Shown one piece after another: positions 28,309-38,604 of a stretch of 64,000 bases of DNA (its first letter is position 1; every line of letters begins with the position of its first letter). This stretch comes from Roseibacillus sp. (GTDB lineage Bacteria > Verrucomicrobiota > Verrucomicrobiia > Verrucomicrobiales > Akkermansiaceae). The notes beneath the pieces are model-generated. The model had not been told where the DNA came from, did no database searches, and was given only the letters and a program-made list of their open reading frames with translations. The stretch covers positions 224,001-288,000 of the forward strand of contig CBDEUM010000022.1 in NCBI GenBank assembly GCA_965242925.1. Direction: 5' to 3'. A program made the translations under genes and the position numbers.

Positions 28309-29550
28309 CTACCCCAACAACGCCATCACCAGCCCACTCCGGATCTTGGGCTGAAACCAGGTCGACTTCGGGGGCATTATGCGGTTCTGGCGGCAAACCT
28401 CGATGAACTGGTCAATGGTTACCGGGGCAAGGGTCACTGCGAGGTCGTGCCGGCCAGCGTCGACCTCGGACCTGAGGTAGGCGGCATCCCGGTTGCCCCC
28501 TACGAAGGTGAGTTCCCCGGCCCGGGGATCCTCGATCCCGAGCACGTCGGCAAAGAGATGCCTCTGCAGGATGTCGGAATCGACGGACTGGGCTGCGTTG
28601 GAAGAGTCGAAGGCCGACTCCCGCGGCACCAGCTTGAGCCACGCGCCCTCAAGGTAGAGGCCAATCTCATGGATTTTCTCCGGCTGATACTCGGAGAGTT
28701 CAAGACTCTCGATCTCAAAGGTCTCCTGCAGGGCCTCTTCCAGGCGCGCCCGCGTGATTCCCGGCGCGGTCACGAGGCGGTTATAAGGTGCCAAGCCCAT
28801 TGTGTGAGCCGGGAAGAACACCGTCAGGAACTCTCCGGTTCCCCGCATGGCGGCGGCTGCGCTCCGGTGGTTGCCGTCCGCCACGTAGGCATGCGACTCG
28901 ACCGCCAGGACCTCCCGCAGGCAGGCAATCTCGTCCACAGCGGTAACAAGCCAGATGCGATGCGCGCTGCCATCATCGTGATCGGCGGCCTCAAAGTCAC
29001 AGGGACGGTCGTCCGCGTAGTCCAGCAGGGCGTTAAGCAGCTTATTCTCCACGTCGTCCACCGAGAGGTTGACCGTCCCGATGATGGCCCCGGTGGCCTC
29101 GATGAGATCGGCGCGGCCCCGGGCTTTCTCCTCCCGGATTCCCTCGTTGCGGATGATCACGCCGTCGGGGGTGGCTTCCGTGCGAATGTCATCAGTGGGA
29201 ACCATCCCACCGAGTCCGATCTGGCGCACTCCGGGACGGGCAGGATCGACGATCTCGTACAGGAAGAGGGCATCCTCTACCTCCTCCGTGGACGCGCTCT
29301 CGACCAGTCGGGCCATCTCCCGGGTTCCCATTGCGAGGGCCCCGGGTGAGCCATCCGGCAACATCTCTTCCGCACGCCGGGCATTGCAATGGGGCATGGT
29401 CACGCGCAATACACTCTCCCCCTGCACCTGAAGGAGCTCCCATATCTCACGGTCGCTCTGGAATTCGTCGTAGTTCGGGCTGCAAAGGCGCTGGGCGGCT
29501 CCCGAGTCGACGGGAACCAGGGCTCGGCGGATCGGGTTGACAGTGACCAT
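28309..29550 (-). CDS. DUF1015 family protein
   Basis: SPNYD, YVADGNHRSAAA, YNRLV, IMPPKSTWFQPKIRSGL. Confidence 0.9.
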   Translation of the reverse strand: MVTVNPIRRALVPVDSGAAQRLCSPNYDEFQSDREIWELLQVQGESVLRVTMPHCNARRAEEMLPDGSPGALAMGTREMARLVESASTEEVEDALFLYEIVDPARPGVRQIGLGGMVPTDDIRTEATPDGVIIRNEGIREEKARGRADLIEATGAIIGTVNLSVDDVENKLLNALLDYADDRPCDFEAADHDDGSAHRIWLVTAVDEIACLREVLAVESHAYVADGNHRSAAAAMRGTGEFLTVFFPAHTMGLAPYNRLVTAPGITRARLEEALQETFEIESLELSEYQPEKIHEIGLYLEGAWLKLVPRESAFDSSNAAQSVDSDILQRHLFADVLGIEDPRAGELTFVGGNRDAAYLRSEVDAGRHDLAVTLAPVTIDQFIEVCRQNRIMPPKSTWFQPKIRSGLVMALLG

Positions 29551-29622
29551 CGGTTCGAAAAGGGCCGCGACCCTGCGGAGCACGCCGGGGAGGGTCAATT
29601 CTTTCTTCGCGACAGTTCGCGC

Positions 29623-30000
29623 TCACAAACGGTCTGCGTCCTCTCCTGCAGGAGGAGCAATGCGGAACTCTTCCACCACCTTCCCGCCCACGAGGTGTTC
29701 ATCCACAATCCGGGCCAGAACCTCCGGGGTGCAGGAGTGATACCAGACGTCCTCGGGATAAATCACCGCAATAGGACCCCGTTCGCAAACCCGCAGGCAA
29801 TTGGCCTTGGACCGAAGGAGCCGGGGATAATGGCCATCCAATTCCCTGAGACGCGCCTTGAGAAACTCCCAGGACTCAAGGCTGAGATCGCGGCGACAGC
29901 ACTTGGGCTTGCTCTGGTCACAGCAGAGGAATATGTGGCGCTTTTCCTCATGCAGACCCAACTCCTCTGCAATTTCTGTTAGATTTTCCTCAGAGCCCAT
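29623..30000 (-). CDS. Thioredoxin-like [2Fe-2S] ferredoxin
   Basis: [37 protein letters not shown]. Confidence 0.88.
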   Translation of the reverse strand: MGSEENLTEIAEELGLHEEKRHIFLCCDQSKPKCCRRDLSLESWEFLKARLRELDGHYPRLLRSKANCLRVCERGPIAVIYPEDVWYHSCTPEVLARIVDEHLVGGKVVEEFRIAPPAGEDADRL

Positions 30001-30478
30001 TTTCCAGCCCTTCCGTAGGTGCTTTACTGATCCATCGACGAACAAGCTCAGACCCCACCCTCGACCAAGAGATGACTCCCGGAAAAGAGCATCTATCCGG
30101 GGCCCAACGGTTCATGCGAACCAGAAACCCGGAGCGCTTCAGCCCCCTGCACGCCGCCAGGCCCTGTCCTTGCCCATCATCAACCTCCATCACTATTCCC
30201 CACATGTGGTAGACGGATAAGGGGAGGGCTGTCGATAAATTCCAACGAAGCACTGTTCCTCGTGTCCCAAACGGGACCCATCCTCACCCAAATGGGCCCT
30301 GGTGCCACAGGAAATTTCACGAAATTCCTGACAACAAATCCCTCCTCATCGACGTTTAACAGCTAGAACAGATTTCCAACGTGGACGGCCACCGGGGGGC
30401 TTTATGGGTTTTGCCTCTCGTGGCCGTTCACCTTTTTCTGGAAGAAATCTCTCCAGCCTATATCCCTCTCCCACGCCC

Positions 30479-31246
30479 ATGAAGCTCCTCCTCACCCTTG
30501 GCGCCAGCCTGACTCTCTCCGTTGCAGCCCAGACCGACGGCGAATCCAGCCCCCCCCCCGCCACGCCGTCAACCAGCACTCAACCGCTTCCACGGGCCAA
30601 GGCAGGGGCCCCGGAGAAGGCTGCCCTTCCCAGCAGGCTCGGAGACAGTTTCGCGAGGCGCCGCGCCCGCATCGCAGAAGCACGCAAGAAGGCCCGTGCC
30701 AGCGCCAGCAAGAAAAAGCCGGAAGCCGCAAAACTCGTCCTCCCTGCTGAGAGTGCCTCGGATGCAACACTGCCCGGCACATGGGTCCTGCAAAGCGAAA
30801 GCTTGGGCAAGTCGCTCACGGAGCAGTTCCAGGAGGCCGCCGGTAAGGGCGCCACCTTCAAGCTGGGAAAACTGGACGGTCACTATCTCGCCGAGATAAA
30901 TCCCGAGGACAGCAAGATCACGGTAAAATGGAATGAATGGAAAATGGAGAGCGTGACCACGCGGGGAGATATCGCAGTCACGCTGACCGTGACCGTAAAG
31001 GGCACCCAGGAGTACGAAATCGTGCAACTCACCAGCGGCACGAAGCCCGAGGGCCGGAAACTGCTGGTGAAACTGGTAAAGGATGACACCACATCAGAGA
31101 GTTTCTTCCAGGGATCCAAGATGCGGACCAAGGTGGATCTGCCCAAACTTCGCAGCGGGCACTGGGCCCTTCACGAAGGACTCCTCTACCTCCAGGGCTC
31201 CCTGCAGAAAGAGGCTTGGAAGTTCGACCGGAAATCGCCTGAGTAG
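30479..31246 (+). CDS. Secreted hypothetical protein
   Basis: Signal peptide MKLLLTLGASLTLSVAA-Q, Pro/Lys linker, beta-rich (lipocalin-like?) C-terminal domain; coding-like codon usage. Confidence 0.7.
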   Translation: MKLLLTLGASLTLSVAAQTDGESSPPPATPSTSTQPLPRAKAGAPEKAALPSRLGDSFARRRARIAEARKKARASASKKKPEAAKLVLPAESASDATLPGTWVLQSESLGKSLTEQFQEAAGKGATFKLGKLDGHYLAEINPEDSKITVKWNEWKMESVTTRGDIAVTLTVTVKGTQEYEIVQLTSGTKPEGRKLLVKLVKDDTTSESFFQGSKMRTKVDLPKLRSGHWALHEGLLYLQGSLQKEAWKFDRKSPE

Positions 31247-31364
31247 CTTTCCCCGTCACTCTCTCCACCCGGAAGGGCGGTGGAATCCGTCAGCCTCAAC
31301 AGCTTCCGGACCTTTGGAGGTCAAAGGGCGGAAGATCGAATGACATTCCCCCATTCTCGATGAC

Positions 31365-33185
31365 TTACAGCAACTGCGTCTGCGCCAGGAGGCGGTAAGT
31401 TCCCTCCGCGGCAATCAGTTCGTCGTGATTCCCGGATTCCACGATCTTACCGCCCTGCATGACATAAATCCGATCGGCGTGCTTCACGGTCCCCAGACGG
31501 TGCGCAATAATCAGGCTGGTGCGGCCCTTCATCAGCTCATCCAGGGCTTCCTGCACAAGACGTTCGCTCTCCGAGTCAAGGGCACTGGTGGCCTCGTCCA
31601 GCAGAAGAATCTTCGGATCGGCAAGAATGGCGCGGGCGATCGCAATACGCTGCCTCTGACCGCCACTCAACTTCACCCCACGCGGCCCGACCGCGGTTTC
31701 GTAGCCTTCGGGAAACTCGCTGATGAACTCATGGGCATGGGCTTTGCGGGCAGCCTCTTCGATTTCCTCCCGGGTGGCTTCCGGTTTGCCATACCCGATA
31801 TTTTCCGCCACCGATCCACCAAAGAGGAGAACGTCCTGCGGAACAAGGGCCATCGCTCCGCGCAAGGTCGCAAGGGAAAGTTCAGCGACAGGATCACCAT
31901 CAATGAGAAGAGCCCCATCCTGCGGATCGTAAAAGCGCAGAAGTAGCGAGAAGAGGGTGGATTTACCCGCTCCGCTCTGGCCAACAAAGGCAATCCGCTC
32001 GCTGCTTTCGGCCCGGAAGGAGACTCCGTCGAGGACTGCTTTCTCGGGACGCGAGGGGTAGGCAAAGCTCACGTTCTGCGCCTCCACCGCGCCCAGCACT
32101 TCGAAGGGCGCTTCCTTCCCGGTCGTTGCTTCAGGCTCTTCGCCCAGGATCTCACGCAATCGCTCGGTGGCACCGTTGGCCTTCTGAATCTGACTCACGA
32201 TCTCGGGGAAAGCCCCAAGGGACGCCCCCACGAAAACGCTGAAGAGGATGAAGGCCGTGAACTCAAAGGGCGTAATCTCCTCCCGGGCCAGCATGCCGGC
32301 ACCGAACCAGGCCACCACTGAGACACTGCCGAAGAGGACGAAGATGATAAAGGAGACGAAGAGCGCGCGAACCTTCGCCCCCCGGATGACCACTGTAAGA
32401 TACTCGCCCAGGGCAGACCGATAGCGATCTTCCTCATGAGCCTCGTTGCCGTATGCCTTCAACTCCGCTATCCCCTGCGTACTCTCCTCGAGAACCACCC
32501 CGCTGACTGCCAGGCTGTCCTGGGCCCCGCGCGAATAGGCACGCACCCGCCGCCCGAAGATCGCAACTGCCAGGATCACCACCGGAATCATGGCCAGCAT
32601 GAAGAGGGAAAGTTTCCAGCTCATGATGAAGATGAAAAACAGCCCTCCCAGCAGGATAACTGACTGCCTTGCGAGTTGCGGGACGGTGGTAAGAAGGGTT
32701 TCCCGCAAGACCGCGAGATCGGCTGAGACACGATTACTCAACTCGCCCGCACGATGCCTCTGAAAGAACTCCACCGGCAGATGCACAAGCCGCGCAAAGA
32801 CATCGCAGCGGATGTCGTTAAGGGCGCTCTCACCTGCCTTGATAAAACCACGAACCCGCCAGTAAACAATGATGGCCTGCGCTGCCAGGATGACAAGGAG
32901 CGTGAGAACCGTCCTGTTGATGCTGGTGGCAACACCCTCTTTGTCGATCGTGCCGGTCGACTTCAAAGCCTCGGAAAGGGATCCGATCGGGCTACCAATG
33001 AGCTTGCTGAGATAATAGGGAAAAGCAAGGGAGAGCCCCGCCGTGACAAATAACGCGACGAGCGAAGGAAGGAAGATCGCCCGATAACGATTGAGGTATC
33101 CGTAGAAGGAGAGCGCGGACACGCGCTTTCGACGATGTTCCTTCTCTGAGGTCTCCTTCCGCGGCATGCGCGGATGGGACACCAT
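31365..33185 (-). CDS. ABC exporter, fused TMD + NBD (MsbA/Mdl-like)
   Basis: GQSGAGKST, LSGGQRQR, LLLDEATSALD, IAHRL; multiple TMs. Confidence 0.95.
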   Translation of the reverse strand: MVSHPRMPRKETSEKEHRRKRVSALSFYGYLNRYRAIFLPSLVALFVTAGLSLAFPYYLSKLIGSPIGSLSEALKSTGTIDKEGVATSINRTVLTLLVILAAQAIIVYWRVRGFIKAGESALNDIRCDVFARLVHLPVEFFQRHRAGELSNRVSADLAVLRETLLTTVPQLARQSVILLGGLFFIFIMSWKLSLFMLAMIPVVILAVAIFGRRVRAYSRGAQDSLAVSGVVLEESTQGIAELKAYGNEAHEEDRYRSALGEYLTVVIRGAKVRALFVSFIIFVLFGSVSVVAWFGAGMLAREEITPFEFTAFILFSVFVGASLGAFPEIVSQIQKANGATERLREILGEEPEATTGKEAPFEVLGAVEAQNVSFAYPSRPEKAVLDGVSFRAESSERIAFVGQSGAGKSTLFSLLLRFYDPQDGALLIDGDPVAELSLATLRGAMALVPQDVLLFGGSVAENIGYGKPEATREEIEEAARKAHAHEFISEFPEGYETAVGPRGVKLSGGQRQRIAIARAILADPKILLLDEATSALDSESERLVQEALDELMKGRTSLIIAHRLGTVKHADRIYVMQGGKIVESGNHDELIAAEGTYRLLAQTQLL

Positions 33186-33328
33186 GCCAAGGGCAGTAGC
33201 AAGTCTCCGGGTCGGCTCAATCGTCCCCGGCGCTCAGGATCAATTGCCCCTCCTGACCACCGGGATCAGGGACATGAGGTTCATGTGGAAATGCCCGGGC
33301 AGGCGTTCTTCCCGCTACACGCCATTCC

Positions 33329-34675
33329 CTAGGGCCCCAGCATCACGCGCAACCGGTAGAACATGTGCAGATCGGCCGGCTGATCGATTTCGTAATCTAT
33401 GGTTTCCACACCCTCTCCCAATGAACGAACCAGCCCTACCCGGGTCAGACCGGTCACCGCGCTATAATTCGCGCTCTCCAGATCATCCGCGCCCTGGATC
33501 TCCCAGTTCAGTCCGCGCGCCGCCGCATCGAGGCGAATCCGCACCGTGAAGCGAATCTTGCCCTGTTGCCTCTTAAGCGAGAAAGGGCGCAGTGGCTCAT
33601 CCACTGCGGAAGGATCGAGAGCCGCAAGGTACTCCACCGCATTGGGCCAGCTGTCGGACTCGGAATCGACATCCGGGGCCGTCCCGCCCGGCACACCAAA
33701 TCCGGTCATCCAGTCATCGAAGCGCTGGAGAGGCGTCTTGAGGGCATCGTCGAACCCCGGCTGGATAATGGCCTGGATGGCGGCTGCATTAGCGCTGATG
33801 CGGCTCACGTATGTCCGGCTCTCGTCCAGATCGTTGGCGGCCGTGACCAGGGTCCAGTCGTCACAGGCGCCATTGTCTTCACCCAGATAAAAACCCGTCC
33901 CATCAAACATGGCCGCAAAAAATTCGGACTCGTCTCCACAGACCGCGTTGGTGTCGTAACCGGACTCCGCTGAGAAGAGAATCCCGGCCAACCTCCACCT
34001 GCCAGCCCGCCTGATGAAGGCCGCTCCGCCAGAATCACCGAAAGTCGCCTGACATTCATCGCTACCCGCCACATCGTCGAAGTCGGTCACCATCATGGGC
34101 CCCTTCACTCCCGCATCGCTAAACCCGTCAATGGTGTTCGTTCCCCAGCGCACCCGCATGTCGCCAGGACCCAAACGCCATCCCCGCGTCTGGTTCAACC
34201 TGGTCACTTCCGCCCCCCGCGGATACCCCCGGCCCATCATGACAACCTGTCTGCCAGCCTCGTTGGACCTGGTGTAAAGTGGTGCGTAGGCCGGGAATTC
34301 ACCATAGACCTCGAAGATACGCAGATCCGTCCCGGGCACGTCCCTGGAACCGTTTCCGTTGTTGAAGCCGGGGTTGATGTAATAGACCCGGTCGCCGGTC
34401 TCCCCGGAGAACCAGGATTTCTGGACAAAGGTGGTCGGCCCCTTTCCGATGTGGATCGCGGTAATGAAGTGCCGGGGCGAGATCATCGTTCCGAGAAACT
34501 CCTTGTATTCCCCTTGGAAACGCCATCCGGAACCGGCTAGCGACCCGGTTGGCGCCGTCTCCCGATTGTGCTGCGGATCCCCCGTGTCAAAGAAGATGAT
34601 GGCCTGCAGGGTCGGGGCGCTCAGCAGAAGAACAATACCGAGGAGGAGGGGAATCGGAAAATCTCTGGCAACCAT
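33329..34675 (-). CDS. Secreted trypsin-like (S1) serine protease with Verrucomicrobia-type C-terminal domain
   Basis: Signal peptide; FITAIH, TDLRI, GDSGG catalytic motifs; DSESDSWPNAVEY and terminal FYRLRV. Confidence 0.8.
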   Translation of the reverse strand: MVARDFPIPLLLGIVLLLSAPTLQAIIFFDTGDPQHNRETAPTGSLAGSGWRFQGEYKEFLGTMISPRHFITAIHIGKGPTTFVQKSWFSGETGDRVYYINPGFNNGNGSRDVPGTDLRIFEVYGEFPAYAPLYTRSNEAGRQVVMMGRGYPRGAEVTRLNQTRGWRLGPGDMRVRWGTNTIDGFSDAGVKGPMMVTDFDDVAGSDECQATFGDSGGAAFIRRAGRWRLAGILFSAESGYDTNAVCGDESEFFAAMFDGTGFYLGEDNGACDDWTLVTAANDLDESRTYVSRISANAAAIQAIIQPGFDDALKTPLQRFDDWMTGFGVPGGTAPDVDSESDSWPNAVEYLAALDPSAVDEPLRPFSLKRQQGKIRFTVRIRLDAAARGLNWEIQGADDLESANYSAVTGLTRVGLVRSLGEGVETIDYEIDQPADLHMFYRLRVMLGP

Positions 34676-34818
34676 CGTGTTCAGAACTGAAAAACCATCC
34701 TTGGCAGGCTAACGGTCCGGCATCTCCTAGACTCCTTTACCATAGCGCCAATTTCCTTTTTCGCCACGTGCAATCCCGGAAGATTCACCCAGGACATTCC
34801 CCGCCGGGCAACTCCACC

Positions 34819-36015
34819 CTAACCGGCAACCCGTTCCACTCCCGCCCGTGCGCCTGCGCGGGCCTCCAGATCCGCTTCCAGCAGGGCCTCCAGGGAGGGA
34901 GAGTCCACCACCACGTGGTCGGTCATGACTTCTTCCACCAAACCCCAGATACGGGGGAAGGAAATCGCGCCCTTGAGAAAGGCCTCCACCGCCACCTCGT
35001 TGGCGGCATTCATCACGGCCGGCAGGGTCCCACAGCACTTCCCCGCCTCCCGAGCAAGACGCAGGGCAGGGAAGACGTCCTCCCGCGGTTCCTCGAAGTC
35101 AAGCCGTGCCAGGGCCGCAAAATCGAGGGGCTTGAGTGAGTGCTGCACGCGTTGCGGCCAGGTCACGGCATACTGGATCGGAAAACACATGTCGGTGGTG
35201 CTCACCTGCGCCAGCACACTGCCATCCACGAATTCAACCATGGAGTGCACGATACTCTGCGGATGAACCACCACCTCAACCCGATCCATTTCAACTCCGA
35301 AGAGCCACCGTGCCTCGATCATCTCCAACCCCTTGTTGAAGAGAGTGGCGGAGTCGATGGTGATCTTGGGACCCATCTTCCAAGTGGGATGGTTGAGGGC
35401 CTGTTCCGGAGTCACATCCGCGAGGCTCTCTGCGCTCGCCGTACGGAAAGGCCCTCCCGAGGCGGTCAGAAGCAGGCGCCGCACCGCCTCCGCTCCACCC
35501 GTATTACCCTCCAGGCACTGAAAAATCGCGTTGTGTTCGCTGTCAACCGGCAGAACCCGGACCCCGGATCGCTCGGCTGCCGCCATCACGATCTCACCAG
35601 CCATGACCAGGATCTCCTTGCTCGCCACCGCGAGATCCTTGCCCGATTCGATGGCATCAAGGGCGGGTTGTAAACCTTCCGTGCCCACGATCGAGACCAG
35701 CACCATGTCCGCCTCGGGCAGGCGGGCCAGTTCCCGCAGTCCTTCCGTTCCGGCATGGACCACACTGCCCGCCGGGGCGGATTTGGCCACCGTCTCGCGC
35801 AGGCTCTCGTCCGCGATGGCAAGATGCTTCACTCCGAATTCCCGGGCCTGCTCAACCAGTTCCCCGGCCCGTCGGCCCGCCGCCAATCCCACTACTTCCA
35901 TGTGCTCCGGAATCTTCCGGGCCACCTTGAGAGCACTCGTCCCAATCGATCCGGTGGAACCGAGAATGACCACCTTCCTGGGCCGCGTCATCTGTCTTTC
36001 CGAGGAGTCGGACAT
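34819..36015 (-). CDS. dxr: 1-deoxy-D-xylulose-5-phosphate reductoisomerase
   Basis: LGSTGSIG, PVDSEHNAIFQ, LTASGGPFR, HPTWKMGPKITIDSAT, NAANE. Confidence 0.98.
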   Translation of the reverse strand: MSDSSERQMTRPRKVVILGSTGSIGTSALKVARKIPEHMEVVGLAAGRRAGELVEQAREFGVKHLAIADESLRETVAKSAPAGSVVHAGTEGLRELARLPEADMVLVSIVGTEGLQPALDAIESGKDLAVASKEILVMAGEIVMAAAERSGVRVLPVDSEHNAIFQCLEGNTGGAEAVRRLLLTASGGPFRTASAESLADVTPEQALNHPTWKMGPKITIDSATLFNKGLEMIEARWLFGVEMDRVEVVVHPQSIVHSMVEFVDGSVLAQVSTTDMCFPIQYAVTWPQRVQHSLKPLDFAALARLDFEEPREDVFPALRLAREAGKCCGTLPAVMNAANEVAVEAFLKGAISFPRIWGLVEEVMTDHVVVDSPSLEALLEADLEARAGARAGVERVAG

Positions 36016-36031
36016 GAACTACGATTATGTT

Positions 36032-36928
36032 TTAGAGCCTCACCAGAAGGAGGTAGAAATAGGCAACCGGCAGAGAAAAGCACAGGCTGTCTATGAGATC
36101 GAGGATTCCACCGATTCCCGGCAGGAGCTGTCCGGAGTCCTTCACCTGGAGACTACGCTTCAGGATGGACTCCGCGAGATCCCCCGCCATGGCCGCGAGA
36201 GCCACGAGCAGTCCAAGAACGGCGACATGATGGACTCCGAGCCAGTCGAGACGAGGTCCGCTCAAAGCATGAATGGCAAAGGCCCCTCCCTGCGCAAAAA
36301 AGAGGGAGCCTATGTAGCCTTCCCACGATTTGGCCGGACTGATGTGAGGGATGGCCTTGTGCCTGCCGATCAGGGTTCCTACGAGGTAGGCCCCCATGTC
36401 GGTGAACTTGGCCACCAGGACCACGAGGAGGACAAGCCAGAACCCGGATTCGACGGAGGGCGGCAGGAGCACAAGCCGGATGATGAAGCCGCCAAAGAGG
36501 ATGGGAATGTAGACAAAGCCGAGAAGTGCGAGAGCAATCGCCCGCACCGAATCGTCGCCCTCGATGGGAAAACGCAGACGCAAGATGAAGGATCCGATAG
36601 TGACCGCGAGCACTCCTGCCATCTCCGGCAGAAAGTCGGCTCCCCTCAGCGAATCAGGATCATTGAGGGCCTGGGTCACCAGCATTCCCAGAAAACCCGC
36701 TCCCACAATCAAAGCCCAGCGCCGGCACTCCTTCCCCGGTGCCTCCCTGGTCAGGACAAGATACTCGAAGCTCCCGAGGAGAGTGAAGGCTGCAACCAGT
36801 GCCACGAGGCCCCAGAGTGCCCCACTCAGAAAGACCGCCACCACGACACCCCAGAGGAGAATCGTGCTGGTAAACCGCGCCTTGAAGGATGCTACGCGGG
36901 GGGAACCCTTGCTGGGCGCGGACGCCAT
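36032..36928 (-). CDS. cdsA: Phosphatidate cytidylyltransferase
   Basis: DMGAY..G...GRHK, ISPAKSWEG, GDLAESILKR..VKDSG.LLPGIGGILD..DS; start uncertain. Confidence 0.93.
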   Translation of the reverse strand: MASAPSKGSPRVASFKARFTSTILLWGVVVAVFLSGALWGLVALVAAFTLLGSFEYLVLTREAPGKECRRWALIVGAGFLGMLVTQALNDPDSLRGADFLPEMAGVLAVTIGSFILRLRFPIEGDDSVRAIALALLGFVYIPILFGGFIIRLVLLPPSVESGFWLVLLVVLVAKFTDMGAYLVGTLIGRHKAIPHISPAKSWEGYIGSLFFAQGGAFAIHALSGPRLDWLGVHHVAVLGLLVALAAMAGDLAESILKRSLQVKDSGQLLPGIGGILDLIDSLCFSLPVAYFYLLLVRL

Positions 36929-37078
36929 CGTGGAAGGCATACAACCGCGTTGACCCCACCCACGCAATGCCAAATCCCCCCCTCGCCGCTCCTCCACCTG
37001 GAAAAAATCCGCAACCATGGGCTGACACCCCTGTTTTATCCCCCAGCACGGCCAAAACCCCGTGAACTAACAGACGAC

Positions 37079-37535
37079 ATGAAGAAGACACTCCAAGCAT
37101 TCTCCCTGGTCCTGGGCCTCCTCGCCACAGGATCGATCAACTCCCTTGCTGAAGAAGACAAGGGCAAGAAAAAGCCCCGCGCCGAGCGTGGTGAGCGTCC
37201 CGAAGGCGAACGCCGGGGACCGCCCCGAGGCGGCGCCCGTCAGATCCCGAAGGAAATCCTCGAGAAATTCGATAAGAATGGCGACGGCAAGCTCGACGAA
37301 GACGAGCGCAAGGAAGCCCAGAGAGCCCGCAGAGCCGAGTTCCTTAAGAAATATGACAAGGACGGCGATGGCGAACTGAGCGAAGAAGAACGTAAGGAAG
37401 CCATGAAGGGTCGTCGCGGTCGTGGGCGTCCCCAAGGTGATCGCCCCGAAGGGGGTCGCCCTGAAGGCAAAAAGCCCGGTGGCAAAAAGCCCGGTGGCAA
37501 AAAAAAAGCCCGGTGGCAAGAAGCCTGACGCCTGA
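37079..37535 (+). CDS. Secreted EF-hand protein; apparent +1 slip in an A9 run near the 3' end
   Basis: Signal peptide; DKNGDGKLDEDE and DKDGDGELSEEE loops; GGKKP repeats; as written it stops at 37528, repaired at 37535. Confidence 0.85.
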
Positions 37536-37567
37536 AGCCAGACCACATCTGACAACTCCATCGATTT

Positions 37568-37603
37568 AAAGGCCGGGAGGATTTTCCTCCCGGCCTTTTT
37601 CTT
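37568..37603 (+). terminator. Rho-independent (possibly bidirectional) terminator
   Basis: AAAGGCCGGGAGG-ATTTT-CCTCCCGGCCTTTTT. Confidence 0.85.
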
Positions 37604-37730
37604 GAGTTGTGGCATGAGACCGCCTGAGCCCTATCCTTTTTATTCGCACAGACTGCCCAGTGCCGTAAATACCCTCTACCGGGCCTCCCTCGGCACAAAA
37701 CTCCTCTCTCCGCCCTCTGCCCGCGCAAGA

Positions 37731-38534
37731 CTAGCGCGCCCGCGCCTTCTGGCTGAGCAACTGGGAGACGGTCACGAACTTAAATCCCTTGGAAAGTAAT
37801 CCATCCAAGGTGGCAGGCATGGCGTCCACGGTGGGGGCGTGCAGGTCATGGGCCAGCACGATCGACCCGTTAGTGGTACGGGTAAGGATACGATTCTTGA
37901 CCACGCTCACCCCTGGTCGCTGCCAGTCACGGGGATCAACCGCCCACATGATGGTTGGGTAACCGAACCGCTCCATGATCAGTTGGCGCTGCCGCTGGTA
38001 GATTGCGCCGTAGGGCGGGCGCATGGTCCGCGGCTGCACTCCGGTCGCATTCACGATGGAGCTCCGCGTTCTCGACATCTCGGCCAGAACCTGTGCATCA
38101 CTAAGGGTCTTCAGATTGCGATGGGTATAGGTGTGGTTGCCGATTTCGTGACCCTCCGCCACAATCCGCCGGGTGAGATGCGGATAGATGTCCACGTTCT
38201 TGCCGATCACATAAAAGGTCGCCTTGATGTTGCGCCGCCTCAGGATGTCGAGCAGCCGTGGCGTGTTCCTGGCGTGCGGACCGTCGTCAAAAGTCATCGC
38301 GATATAGGGCTGGTGTCCCAGACCGCGGGAGTGCGTGATCCCAATTGACTTGGGGAAGCGAGAAGACAGGCTCACGCTCGGATTGCGGGCCGACGGCCAG
38401 GCGTGATAGGGCGAACGGTAGCCGTTATTGGCCAGAGTGGAGGGCTTCTTCCCCTTGGAGTCGATTGAAGTGCAGCTACCGGTAAAGGCAATCAGTACAG
38501 CCGCTGGAACAAGGATGAGAGGGCGGAGAAACAT
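37731..38534 (-). CDS. CE4 polysaccharide/peptidoglycan deacetylase, probable lipoprotein
   Basis: TFDDGP, HEIGNHTYTH, RPPYG, DPRDW, LAHD; FTGS-C lipobox-like. Confidence 0.92.
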   Translation of the reverse strand: MFLRPLILVPAAVLIAFTGSCTSIDSKGKKPSTLANNGYRSPYHAWPSARNPSVSLSSRFPKSIGITHSRGLGHQPYIAMTFDDGPHARNTPRLLDILRRRNIKATFYVIGKNVDIYPHLTRRIVAEGHEIGNHTYTHRNLKTLSDAQVLAEMSRTRSSIVNATGVQPRTMRPPYGAIYQRQRQLIMERFGYPTIMWAVDPRDWQRPGVSVVKNRILTRTTNGSIVLAHDLHAPTVDAMPATLDGLLSKGFKFVTVSQLLSQKARAR

Positions 38535-38604
38535 AGGCACGTGCTCGAAAGGGATGAACAAAACGGCAGCCATACTTACCGTTTTTGACGCTTGGTGTCA
38601 CGAC

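Noticed and set aside
35531..37528. 665-aa ORF ending in EF-hands
   Set aside because: Mostly antisense to dxr and cdsA; the real gene starts at ATG 37079 with a signal peptide.
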